Source: Elusimicrobiota bacterium
Lineage (GTDB): Bacteria; Elusimicrobiota; Endomicrobiia; Endomicrobiales; JBDRNC01
Reading direction: 5' to 3'
DNA length: 13,772 nucleotides
NCBI GenBank assembly: GCA_043811535.1
Contig: JBDRNC010000036.1
Coordinates: forward strand, 1-13,772
Positions 5,704-13,577 of this stretch are shown here, piece by piece. The notes beneath the pieces were generated by a model. The model searched no databases and was not told the origin of the DNA. It saw only the letters and a list, made by a program, of their open reading frames with translations. A program made the translations under genes and the position numbers. Within the stretch, counting starts at the first letter, position 1. Every line of letters starts with the position of its first letter.

Positions 5704-8163
5704 ATGAATTCCATCAGAAGGCCTTTAATCGCATTGTCCGTCATTTTTACCGTATCCTGCATGAATGCTTACGCCGAGCTGGACAAATACGGCACTTGTC
5801 TCGTAAACGGCCTTATCGGAGAGTATTTCTCATCCAAAAATTTCAAAGATTTCAGGTTTAAGAAGATAGATAAAAAGATAGATTTTGACTGGAAAACCCT
5901 GAGCCCGGACGGCTCTATCCCCCAGGATAATTTTTCAATCAGGTGGCAGGGACGGATCGCTCCGAAATTTACCGGCCTGCATTCATTCCGGATAACAAGC
6001 GATGACGGCGTCCGTCTTAGGATCGGCGACACCATAATCATAAACAGATGGAACAAGGGCGCGGTCGACTCTACCGGGAAAATTCATCTGGAAAAAGGAA
6101 AAAACTATCCTGTCTATCTTGAGTACCAGGAGATTTCCGGTTCCGCGATGATAAAGCTTTTCTGGTCATGCGGGCAGCAGCTCTCGGAAGAGATAGTTCC
6201 CGACAACTGCCTGTTCCCCAAAATTTCCGAAGACGGACTGACCGCGACGTATTTTGAAGATGCAGGCTTCAATGAGCCCCTCTACGCGAAGAGCACGACG
6301 GATATTTCGGCCGCCGGCGCCCCCGACAAGCAGCCGTTTTCGCTGATATTTTCGGGAAAAATCGAATCGCTGAAAAGCGAGGTATACGAGCTCAACATCG
6401 TTTCAGACGGGAACATAGAATTGCTGCTCAACGGAGTGAATCTTCCTTTAAAAAAATCCTCCGTTACCGTGAATTCAGCCCAGTTAAACTCCTATTCTGC
6501 GTCGTCATACCTGTCTACAAGCGTAAAACATCCCCTAAAAATAAAATATTCCCGCGTGGATACTGCAAAAAAACCGTTTTTCAGATTGAGCTGGTCCGGA
6601 AAAAGCAATAAAGAACAGTCTTCCATACCCGCGTTGAATCTCTATCCGGAAGACAGGATCACTTCCACCGAAAAGGCCGTGGTTTACGCCGACTTGAAAA
6701 AGAAACTCGGCAAGTTCCCTCACTATTGGGAGAAGAGCGCGGGCTCCTGCCACGCCGCGATCTATCTCAGGGAAGATTTCCAGGAACAGATGAAGACTAT
6801 CAGCAAGGATCTGGGTTTCGGATTCATGCGGTTTCACGGCATACTTGACGACCAGGTCGGCATCTGCAAGAATTCCGGCGGCAGGATAGTCTACGATTTC
6901 ACCACCGCGGATAAGATCTACGATTTCATCCGGTCCATCGGGATGAGGCCGTTCGTGGAGTTCGGTTTCATGCCTTCAGCTCTGGCATCAGGAAATAAGA
7001 CTGTATTCTATTACAAGGGGAATGTTTCTCCTCCGGCTGACTACAAAAAATGGGGAGATCTCATATATAACTGCGTGAAACACTGGAAAGAGCGTTACGG
7101 CCTGGAAGAGATAAAAAAATGGCGGTTTGAGGTATGGAACGAAGCAAATTACGGCGCTTTCTGGGGAGGCACAAAAGAGGATTATTTGAAACTTTACAAA
7201 GCGACCGTTGAAGCCGTCAAGGCTGTGGACCCGGAGCTCAAGGTAGGCGGACCGGCTTCTTCGGGACTCGGTGAATGGGTGGACGACCTGATAGAATACT
7301 GCAAGAAAAACAACGTCCCGATAGATTTTATCAGCACGCACGGCTACCCGTGGGACAAGGGCGTCTATTATGACAGAGACAAGGACATGGATTATCCCGT
7401 GTCAAAATACTTCTATTACGGGCTCAGGGAGACAAAGAACAGGTTTGATTTCGCCGGAATACCCTCTATCAAGGAACTGCACATAACAGAGTGGGGCGTT
7501 TTTAATTACGACGACTGGGGCCTTTTTGATTATGACAAGATACAAGCCGCGCCTTTCCTCTGCCACCAGATCAAGGACGCGGAGGGGCAGGTAGATACGT
7601 TTTCGTTCTGGGCCGTCAGCGACATCTTTGAGGAACTGGGTCCTGTCTCATCCAAGGAATACCCCGGGATATTCGGGCTGATGAACGTGCACGGCATCAA
7701 AAAAGCTGTCTATAACGCGATGCTTATGCTGAAGATGATGGGCGACGAAAGGATAGCTACCGGATTTTCACGCCCGGACATGCTTGAGCTGGAGGGGTGG
7801 ACGACGACGAGCAGCAAGGACGGTTCCGTTCAGGCGATGATATGGAATTATTCCGATACCGAATACAAGGGGAATATGAACAGGAATGTCAGGATTAAGA
7901 TAAGGAATATACCGTTTTCAAACGCAAAAATGAAACACTACAAAGTGGACGAGGACCACGGGAATTTTCATAAAATCTGGGAATCGATGGGAAAGCCCGA
8001 AAGGTTTTCGCAGGAACAGCTACAGACAGTAATGCAGAAATCCAAGTTGACTCAGATAGCCGACAGTAGCAAAATACTGCCTATCAAGGACGGGAAGCTC
8101 GATTTCGACGTATACATGCCGATCAACAGCGTTTCGCTGATAATTCTTGAACCTGTAAAATAG
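5704..8163 (+). CDS. Secreted GH39 glycosidase (beta-xylosidase-like) with two N-terminal PA14 domains
   Basis: Signal peptide after ATG 5704 (SD AAGAGG). PA14 motifs GLIGEYF..IDFDW..DNFSIRWQG..SDDGVRL; second degenerate copy GLTATYF..SDGNIEL. GH39 motifs MRFHGIL, PFVEFGFMP, FEVWNEAN (acid/base), FISTHGY, HITEW (nucleophile), FSFWAVSDIFEE. Confidence 0.9.
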   Translation: MNSIRRPLIALSVIFTVSCMNAYAELDKYGTCLVNGLIGEYFSSKNFKDFRFKKIDKKIDFDWKTLSPDGSIPQDNFSIRWQGRIAPKFTGLHSFRITSDDGVRLRIGDTIIINRWNKGAVDSTGKIHLEKGKNYPVYLEYQEISGSAMIKLFWSCGQQLSEEIVPDNCLFPKISEDGLTATYFEDAGFNEPLYAKSTTDISAAGAPDKQPFSLIFSGKIESLKSEVYELNIVSDGNIELLLNGVNLPLKKSSVTVNSAQLNSYSASSYLSTSVKHPLKIKYSRVDTAKKPFFRLSWSGKSNKEQSSIPALNLYPEDRITSTEKAVVYADLKKKLGKFPHYWEKSAGSCHAAIYLREDFQEQMKTISKDLGFGFMRFHGILDDQVGICKNSGGRIVYDFTTADKIYDFIRSIGMRPFVEFGFMPSALASGNKTVFYYKGNVSPPADYKKWGDLIYNCVKHWKERYGLEEIKKWRFEVWNEANYGAFWGGTKEDYLKLYKATVEAVKAVDPELKVGGPASSGLGEWVDDLIEYCKKNNVPIDFISTHGYPWDKGVYYDRDKDMDYPVSKYFYYGLRETKNRFDFAGIPSIKELHITEWGVFNYDDWGLFDYDKIQAAPFLCHQIKDAEGQVDTFSFWAVSDIFEELGPVSSKEYPGIFGLMNVHGIKKAVYNAMLMLKMMGDERIATGFSRPDMLELEGWTTTSSKDGSVQAMIWNYSDTEYKGNMNRNVRIKIRNIPFSNAKMKHYKVDEDHGNFHKIWESMGKPERFSQEQLQTVMQKSKLTQIADSSKILPIKDGKLDFDVYMPINSVSLIILEPVK

Positions 8164-8166
8164 TAT

Positions 8167-8213
8167 AGGGGACGGTTCTATTTTTCGTTTCTTGAAAAAT
8201 AGAACCGTCCCCT
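8167..8213. repeat. REP-like hairpin (20-bp stem, 7-nt loop); likely terminator between the convergent GH39 and RAYT genes
   Basis: AGGGGACGGTTCTATTTTTC-gtttctt-GAAAAATAGAACCGTCCCCT followed by TTTCTTT. Confidence 0.85.
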
Positions 8214-8219
8214 TTTCTT

Positions 8220-8876
8220 TCAACTGCCCCCTTTTGGCCTCCCTATGCTTCTCACGTCATTTTGAATACCGAATCTCATCTCCATCGCGCTTACAAACGC
8301 TTCGCTGCCTATGTACCGGCTACCATGTTTTATGTTTTCGCATACTAATTCTTTGTATCTGTCGGCGCGATCTTTTTGCGTTTTTCCCAATCCAGTGTAC
8401 AGTAGATCAAAAGATACTATGGGGTCATCTTTTTCGCCCGTATATGCTGCATAGCTGCTCCATGGATATTCTTCAGGTGACACAACAATACCTGCACGAA
8501 CCGGATTTAATTCCACATATTTTCCACATGCAAGCAAGTAATTATCTTTTTCTATAAGCAAGCTTTTGTATCTATCCTGCCAGAAATGACCGTAATACCT
8601 ATATTTTTTTCTGAAAAAATGCATATACGATAGGTTAATTTGCTTCATTAATTTCGGAAGGTTTGTTTGCAGCGTAGTTTCTATTATCAGATGAACGTGA
8701 TTGGACATCAGGCAGTAATGGTATAGCTCAAATCGGTGTTCTTCTTTATATAAGCTCAAAAGATACAAATAATGCTTAAAATCTACTTCATTCCTAAAAA
8801 CAACCTGCCGGTTGTTGCCCCTGGTGATAATATGCATTACACCTTGATCTGGCAGTATTCTTGCCGTTCTTGGCAT
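8220..8876 (-). CDS. REP-associated HUH tyrosine transposase (RAYT/TnpA-REP, Y1_Tnp fold)
   Basis: MPRTAR, HIITRGNNRQVVF, YCLMSNHVHL (HUH), GHFWQDRYKS, YVELNPVRAG (catalytic Tyr), YPWSSY, C-terminal GRP. Intact frame, AT-richer than its neighbours. Confidence 0.9.
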   Translation of the reverse strand: MPRTARILPDQGVMHIITRGNNRQVVFRNEVDFKHYLYLLSLYKEEHRFELYHYCLMSNHVHLIIETTLQTNLPKLMKQINLSYMHFFRKKYRYYGHFWQDRYKSLLIEKDNYLLACGKYVELNPVRAGIVVSPEEYPWSSYAAYTGEKDDPIVSFDLLYTGLGKTQKDRADRYKELVCENIKHGSRYIGSEAFVSAMEMRFGIQNDVRSIGRPKGGS

Positions 8877-8903
8877 AATTCCCCCATAAACGTGAATTTC
8901 GGA

Positions 8904-8924
8904 TTAAATAGAACCGTCCCCTAT
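8904..8924. repeat. Single REP-like arm upstream of RAYT
   Basis: TTAAATAGAACCGTCCCCTAT; its first 17 nt are identical to 4838-4854. Confidence 0.85.
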
Positions 8925-9091
8925 CCCTGCCTGCGGTCGCTGCCTGACCTGCGGTCGCTGCTCGCGCGCCTGGACGAATACATCCTGCGGTCCAGCCTTA
9001 CTAGAACGCCGTTTTTCCTTCTTTCGGCTCCGTTTCTCCTGTCAAGCCCCGATCTCCTGTCAACACCGGACCTTTCATTCAACACAGCCAT
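8921..9091 (-). CDS. 56-aa arginine-rich (D/E)RR-repeat microprotein
   Basis: Not in the ORF track. SD GGAGGG, ATG 9091, TAG 8923-8921. MAVLNERSGVDRRSGLDRRNGAERRKNGVLVRLDRRMYSSRRASSDRRSGSDRRQG*. Dedicated promoter upstream. Confidence 0.8.
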   Translation of the reverse strand: MAVLNERSGVDRRSGLDRRNGAERRKNGVLVRLDRRMYSSRRASSDRRSGSDRRQG

Positions 9092-9137
9092 TTACCCTCC
9101 ATGTAAGGTTATCTTGCCTGTCAGGTAATACACCTAT

Positions 9138-9166
9138 ATTATAAGATTGTTTTTGGGATTTTGCAA
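9138..9166 (-). promoter_or_regulatory. sigma70-type promoter of the microprotein gene
   Basis: Minus-strand TTGCAA (9166-9161), 17-bp spacer, TATAAT (9143-9138). Confidence 0.7.
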
Positions 9167-9236
9167 GTTAAATCCGGCGCGGGATTAAGATGGGGATACA
9201 GGGAATGGCTCTATCCGGCTAAAGCAAGTTTCACTC

Positions 9237-9995
9237 CTACTTTACCTTGCTGCCAAGAATAATTCCGGGCGCCCAGATTGCCCATAATAAAATATAAAGC
9301 AACGGACCATATAAGAAGTAGTATGGCAGGAATACTATTCCCGCAAAAAGGATGAAAGACGGTTCATAATCGCCAATAAATACCTTTATTTTCGCGAACA
9401 TGCACTTCATATAATCAGAATAATACTCGAAATTGCATCTTTTACAGCGGTATTGTCCTTTATAGCTTATTTTTTCGCATCTTGGACACGCCTGCAATAT
9501 TGAAACCGCATTCTTCCCCTTAACCCCTGCCAAATCCGACGAAATCTCTAGTAGACGGAGTTTACATATCAATTTTTCATTTTTCATAATCCCGAGAGCT
9601 TTTTCATAGTATTTTTTCGCCAAGTTCGCAAGCCCGAGCTGCTCATAAATATCGCCGATCCGTTCCGGCGCGGCAGAATTGTCCGGGTGCAACTCAAAAG
9701 ACCTTTTGCACTGCTCAAGTTCATCCTCAATAAATTTTTTCAACTGATGTTTTTTATTTCCTGTGTTATAATATTGGACAGCTATCGCCGTAAGGGCCGA
9801 TAATACTATAAATGCCACCCAAACCCTTGCGTCAACAAGCATAAGCACAAAAAATACCGTAATTAAGTAAAGAAAATAAAGTAAGTATTTTAGGCCGAGA
9901 GTCGGGACAATGCTGATTTTCGCTATAACCAGGATAATTCCTAAAAGGAATAATATGAGATATGTATCAAATATAAGATTGGATATGAGTGCCAT
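9237..9995 (-). CDS. Hypothetical membrane protein with TPR-like and zinc-ribbon segments
   Basis: About three N-terminal TM helices; HPDNSAAPERIGDIYEQLGLANLAKKYYEKAL (TPR-like); CPRC-x10-CKRC; C-terminal hydrophobic helices. Confidence 0.7.
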   Translation of the reverse strand: MALISNLIFDTYLILFLLGIILVIAKISIVPTLGLKYLLYFLYLITVFFVLMLVDARVWVAFIVLSALTAIAVQYYNTGNKKHQLKKFIEDELEQCKRSFELHPDNSAAPERIGDIYEQLGLANLAKKYYEKALGIMKNEKLICKLRLLEISSDLAGVKGKNAVSILQACPRCEKISYKGQYRCKRCNFEYYSDYMKCMFAKIKVFIGDYEPSFILFAGIVFLPYYFLYGPLLYILLWAIWAPGIILGSKVK

Positions 9996-10018
9996 GCCGT
10001 CCTGAACAATATTTAATT

Positions 10019-10055
10019 AAAAAAGCACACGGCTAATGCGGTGATACCGTCGGGC
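10019..10055 (-). terminator. Possible weak intrinsic terminator after the nitroreductase
   Basis: Minus-strand GCCCGACGGT...GCCGTGTGC followed by T6; the stem is imperfect. Confidence 0.3.
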
Positions 10056-10089
10056 AAGATTGATTCTCTCTTTATTATAGATGTTAGAA

Positions 10090-10707
10090 TCAGCTGAGAC
10101 GTTTGACGACTTTTTCAAGCGGCTTTTTGTGGGGGGCCTGCATCTCGCGGGACGCGTATCCAACAGGTATCACGGCCATGAACTCTCCGTGCGGTTCAAC
10201 CAGGAATTCTTCTATCTCGTCCTTTATCAGCATTAGTATCCCAAGCCACACAGTCGCCAATCCAAGCGATGTCGCGGCCAGCAGCAAATTCTGAACGGCC
10301 GCCGCGGAGCTCTGTATCTCCATGACCCTGAAGAAATCGTGCGCCGGGTCCTTTTCTATCTTGAAAAGCTCGGTTCCGTGCTGAATGAGCCTGCCGGTAT
10401 TCACCACCGCGATGACGACGGGCGCGCTGGCAATACTTCTGGCGGCCATGCGCAAAAGAACGCTTGAAGGACGCGGAAAACCTCCGGATCTCGCGTTGAT
10501 AAGTCCGGCCAGTTCGCTCTTCTTTTCCCCTTCAATGACCACGAACCGCCATGACTGCTGATTGTGTGCCGAGGGGGCCAGGTTGGCGGCTTCCAGTATC
10601 ATTTCAATATCGATACTGTTTACGCCTCTGTCTTCAAAAATACGCGTGCTGCGCCGCGAAGCGATATTGCCCAAAACCTCGTTCTGATGCGTTTTGTCAT
10701 TATCCAT
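10090..10707 (-). CDS. Nitroreductase family FMN-dependent oxidoreductase
   Basis: [60 protein letters not shown] 10707 is preferred because ATG 10722 overlaps the -10 box. Confidence 0.9.
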   Translation of the reverse strand: MDNDKTHQNEVLGNIASRRSTRIFEDRGVNSIDIEMILEAANLAPSAHNQQSWRFVVIEGEKKSELAGLINARSGGFPRPSSVLLRMAARSIASAPVVIAVVNTGRLIQHGTELFKIEKDPAHDFFRVMEIQSSAAAVQNLLLAATSLGLATVWLGILMLIKDEIEEFLVEPHGEFMAVIPVGYASREMQAPHKKPLEKVVKRLS

Positions 10708-10713
10708 ACGGAT

Positions 10714-10745
10714 ATTATACATAAATATCGATTATTTTGTATAAT
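10714..10745. promoter_or_regulatory. Back-to-back TATAAT boxes for nitroreductase and pyk
   Basis: Minus-strand TATAAT at 10719-10714, 6 nt before ATG 10707. Plus-strand TATAAT at 10740-10745, 7 nt before ATG 10753. Confidence 0.65.
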
Positions 10746-10752
10746 TGGACTC

Positions 10753-11778
10753 ATGGTGAAAACTAAGATAATCTGCACTGTCGGACCGGCAAGCGGAAAG
10801 AAAAACGTACTCAAGAAGATGATGGAGGCGGGAATGGATATCGCCCGCCTTAATTTTTCGCACGGCACCCATCCCGAACATCTGGAAAGAATACGGGTAA
10901 TCAGGGAATTGAACAGGAAATACCGCAGAAGAATTAAAATACTGCAGGACCTGGAAGGATTCCGCATCCGCGTCGGCGACCTGCCGGAAGCAGGACTGCG
11001 TGTCGCTAAAAATCAGGCGGTCATTCTGACAAACGGACACGGACCCGTAAAAGGCCGGCCGGGCGTCATACCGGTCGATTATGACGGTTCCATGCTCAAA
11101 ATCAAGCCCGGAAGCCGTATCTACATAGACGACGGAACAATCGCGCTGACTGCCCTTTCTGCAGGGAAAGAGTCCGTTAAAGTCAGGGTCATGGTGCCGG
11201 GAACCGTAAAAAAGCACAAGGGCATCAACATCCCCGGCGTCAATCTTGAATTCAGGGGAATTACCGACAAGGACTGGAAGGATATAGGATTCGGGATCGA
11301 ACAAAACGTAGATTACATCGCGCAGTCGTTCGTGCGCGACAGGGAAGACGTTGAACCGATCAGAAAGTATTTGGCCAAAAAACTCCCGGCATGCAAACTT
11401 ATCGCGAAGATAGAGAACCGGGAAGGAATTGAGAACATCGGCCGGATCTTGGGGGTAGTAGACGGTATAATGATAGCGCGCGGCGATATGGGCATCTCAA
11501 TACCCATCTACGAGGTACCGGTGGTCCAGAAAGAACTCATACACAAATGCAACCTGGCCGGAAAATTCGTGATAACAGCCACCCAGATGCTCGAAAGCAT
11601 GACGGACAACGCCATCCCCACGAGAGCCGAAGTAACCGACGTAGCCAACGCGGTTTTTGACGGAACCGATATGGTCATGCTTTCAGGCGAGACGGCGGTT
11701 GGCAGGTATCCCGTTAAGACGGTAGATATGATGAACAGTATATTGAAATACACCGAGACGTATTTGAGCCGGAAATGA
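10753..11778 (+). CDS. pyk: Pyruvate kinase, short form (341 aa, A+B domains only)
   Basis: [84 protein letters not shown]. Start is MVKTKII at 10753. Confidence 0.95.
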   Translation: MVKTKIICTVGPASGKKNVLKKMMEAGMDIARLNFSHGTHPEHLERIRVIRELNRKYRRRIKILQDLEGFRIRVGDLPEAGLRVAKNQAVILTNGHGPVKGRPGVIPVDYDGSMLKIKPGSRIYIDDGTIALTALSAGKESVKVRVMVPGTVKKHKGINIPGVNLEFRGITDKDWKDIGFGIEQNVDYIAQSFVRDREDVEPIRKYLAKKLPACKLIAKIENREGIENIGRILGVVDGIMIARGDMGISIPIYEVPVVQKELIHKCNLAGKFVITATQMLESMTDNAIPTRAEVTDVANAVFDGTDMVMLSGETAVGRYPVKTVDMMNSILKYTETYLSRK

Positions 11779-11782
11779 ACAT

Positions 11783-11964
11783 CCGCCCAGTCCGCCGCGG
11801 CGGAGGCGGTATCAGACGTGTCACCCCTCTTTCGTAAAGTAAGTCTTTGGACCCCGTGTAGTCTGGGGAAGGGGTTAGGAGAGATTTTATTACAGGCAAA
11901 TCCCCCTGTTTCCCCCTTTAAAAAGGGGGACTATCAGTGACCGCCCCCGATATATCGGGGGCGG
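11783..11964. repeat. Cluster of GC-rich palindromes (REP/MITE-like composite) between convergent genes
   Basis: TCCGCCGCGGCGGA at 11791-11804; interrupted ACCCCTCTTT hairpin at 11823-11875; TCCCCCTTT-AA-AAAGGGGGA at 11911-11930; perfect 24-bp CCGCCCCCGATATATCGGGGGCGG at 11941-11964. Confidence 0.75.
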
Positions 11965-11994
11965 AATAGTCAAGTTTAAAATAAAACGCAGAAC

Positions 11995-12021
11995 CCGGCG
12001 CGCAATGCCGGAGTTTTTCTT
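11995..12021 (+). terminator. Possible intrinsic terminator
   Basis: CCGGC-gcgcaat-GCCGG followed by AGTTTTTCTT. Confidence 0.35.
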
Positions 12022-12067
12022 CCTCGAAAAGAGCGGCCGGTATCCCCGCAACGACATTCCAAGCGGG

Positions 12068-13336
12068 CTATTTCCCGCCGATAGATTCCCCCGCAAGATA
12101 TCCCGTCGAAAACGCCTCCTGCAGATTGTACCCGCCCGTTACGCCGTCCAAATCGATGATCTCGCCGCAGAAATACAGGCCTTTAACTATACGAGACTCC
12201 ATGGTCTTGGGATCTATTTCATCCAGGGATATCCCGCCGCGTGTAACGGTAGCTTCATCGATAGGGCGGGTTCCCGAAACCTTTATCCTGAAATCCGTAA
12301 AGAGCGCCGCGATCCTCCCGCGCTCTTCGCGGTTTATGACATTGCAGCGCTTATCCGCTTGAATTTTGGAGAGAGTTTCAATTATAGGCGCGAAGGATTT
12401 CGGCAGAGCATCTTTAAGAAATCCGGATATTGTTTTCTTGCCGGATCTTTCCATTTCCTTCTGCAGGAATCTTTCAAATTCCGCGGTATTGTACCCCGGT
12501 TTCAGGTTGACCGATAATTCCGCCTCGCCCCCGCTTTCCAGCGCGTCAACGACTGCTCCGCTGAGCATCAGGACGGCCGGACCGGAAACACCGAAGTGGG
12601 TAAAGAGCAAGTCGCCCATTTCCGACGAAAGTTTCTTCGCGCCCGATATCACGGATATCTCTACCTGCTGCAGAACCAGCCCCTGGAGATCCTTTATGAA
12701 CGGCTCGCCGGATTCAAGAGGTATCAACCCGGGCCTCAGCGGTATTACGCTGTGGCCGCATGCTTTTGCCAATTCATAACCGTCGCCGGTAGAACCTGTC
12801 CCTGGATAGGACATCCCGCCGGTTGCGATAATGACGTTCTTCGCGGAGATCACGGTCCCGCCGGCTAATTCTATGCCCCTCACTTCATCCCCTTCCTGTC
12901 CGGAACGCAATATCTTCACCGCCGCCTGGTTATGAATGATTCTGACGTTATTCTCTTCATTATACTTTCTCAATACCGCGAGCACGCTTTCAGCGCTGTC
13001 ATCGGCGGGAAATATTTTCCCGTCAGGATCACTCCGCATCTCAAGCCCGCGCGCCTTGAAGAATGCGATTAAATCCCTGTTTGAAAAGACGCTCAACGCC
13101 CTGTATAGGAATTTCCCATTCACGCCGAATGCCCTGATAAAGTCTTTCGTATCGGCGTCGTTGGTTATGTTGCACCTGCCGCCGCCAGTTAAAAGAAGCT
13201 TGCTGCCCAATCGGTAGGTTTTCTCAATCAAAACCGTTTTTTTGCCCAGTTCCGCGACGCGCCCCGCGGCCATCATTCCGGCCGGCCCTCCGCCGACTAC
13301 GATTATATCGAAGATATTAGTATTTTTAACTGCCAT
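12068..13336 (-). CDS. HI0933/YhiN(BaiN)-family NAD(P)/FAD-dependent flavoprotein
   Basis: VVGGGPAGMMAA, KLLLTGGGRCNITN, ATGGMSYPGTGSTGDGY, LFTHFGVSGPAVL, ATVTRGG, GLYFCGEIIDLDGVTGGYNLQ. Confidence 0.93.
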   Translation of the reverse strand: MAVKNTNIFDIIVVGGGPAGMMAAGRVAELGKKTVLIEKTYRLGSKLLLTGGGRCNITNDADTKDFIRAFGVNGKFLYRALSVFSNRDLIAFFKARGLEMRSDPDGKIFPADDSAESVLAVLRKYNEENNVRIIHNQAAVKILRSGQEGDEVRGIELAGGTVISAKNVIIATGGMSYPGTGSTGDGYELAKACGHSVIPLRPGLIPLESGEPFIKDLQGLVLQQVEISVISGAKKLSSEMGDLLFTHFGVSGPAVLMLSGAVVDALESGGEAELSVNLKPGYNTAEFERFLQKEMERSGKKTISGFLKDALPKSFAPIIETLSKIQADKRCNVINREERGRIAALFTDFRIKVSGTRPIDEATVTRGGISLDEIDPKTMESRIVKGLYFCGEIIDLDGVTGGYNLQEAFSTGYLAGESIGGK

Positions 13337-13577
13337 GTTTTTTGAATAAATTGCGGAAATTAAGTTTTGAGCGGTATTTTTCCAGGAGTTCCTTGCCGAG
13401 CAGAAAAGCTCCCGCCCATGTCAGGATCTGGCCGCCTATAGCTAACGCGGCGGTAATAACGGCTTTTTGCTTGAAAGTCAGAGACGTGAATTGGATTGCC
13501 GCAATGACAGGTATGAAAAGCAGTGAAAAAAGGATGAGCCCCAGCCCGATCCATTTGAACGCGGGTTTTTTCTCCAT
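13326..13577 (-). CDS. Small two-TM membrane protein resembling 'transporter suffix domain' proteins
   Basis: Two hydrophobic helices, then GQILTWAGAFLLGKELLEKYR; overlaps the next gene by 11 nt. Confidence 0.7.
   Translation of the reverse strand: MEKKPAFKWIGLGLILFSLLFIPVIAAIQFTSLTFKQKAVITAALAIGGQILTWAGAFLLGKELLEKYRSKLNFRNLFKKHGS

Larger units (their letters stand above)
8165..8924. mobile_element. RAYT-like element bounded by 19-bp inverted repeats
   Basis: ATAGGGGACGGTTCTATTT (8165-8183) and AAATAGAACCGTCCCCTAT (8906-8924) are exact reverse complements enclosing the transposase. No target-site duplication seen. Confidence 0.7.

Noticed and set aside
8220..8876. IS200/IS605 tnpA-tnpB element
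   Set aside because: No tnpB; length and motifs (NPVRAG, WSSY, GRP tail) fit RAYT.
8772..9128. 118-aa + strand ORF with LRSL/PDL repeats
   Set aside because: Antisense shadow of the microprotein and RAYT; the expression signals are on the minus strand.
9996..10089. Riboswitch upstream of the TPR gene
   Set aside because: No match by eye to aptamer consensuses I know; only a weak hairpin plus T-run.
10564..10752. 63-aa N-terminal extension of pyk in the ORF track
   Set aside because: Overlaps the nitroreductase on the opposite strand; PK homology starts at MVKTKII.
11779..12067. Frameshifted remnant of the PK C domain
   Set aside because: No recognisable C-domain motif (e.g. TxSGxTA) seen; the sequence is palindromic repeats.
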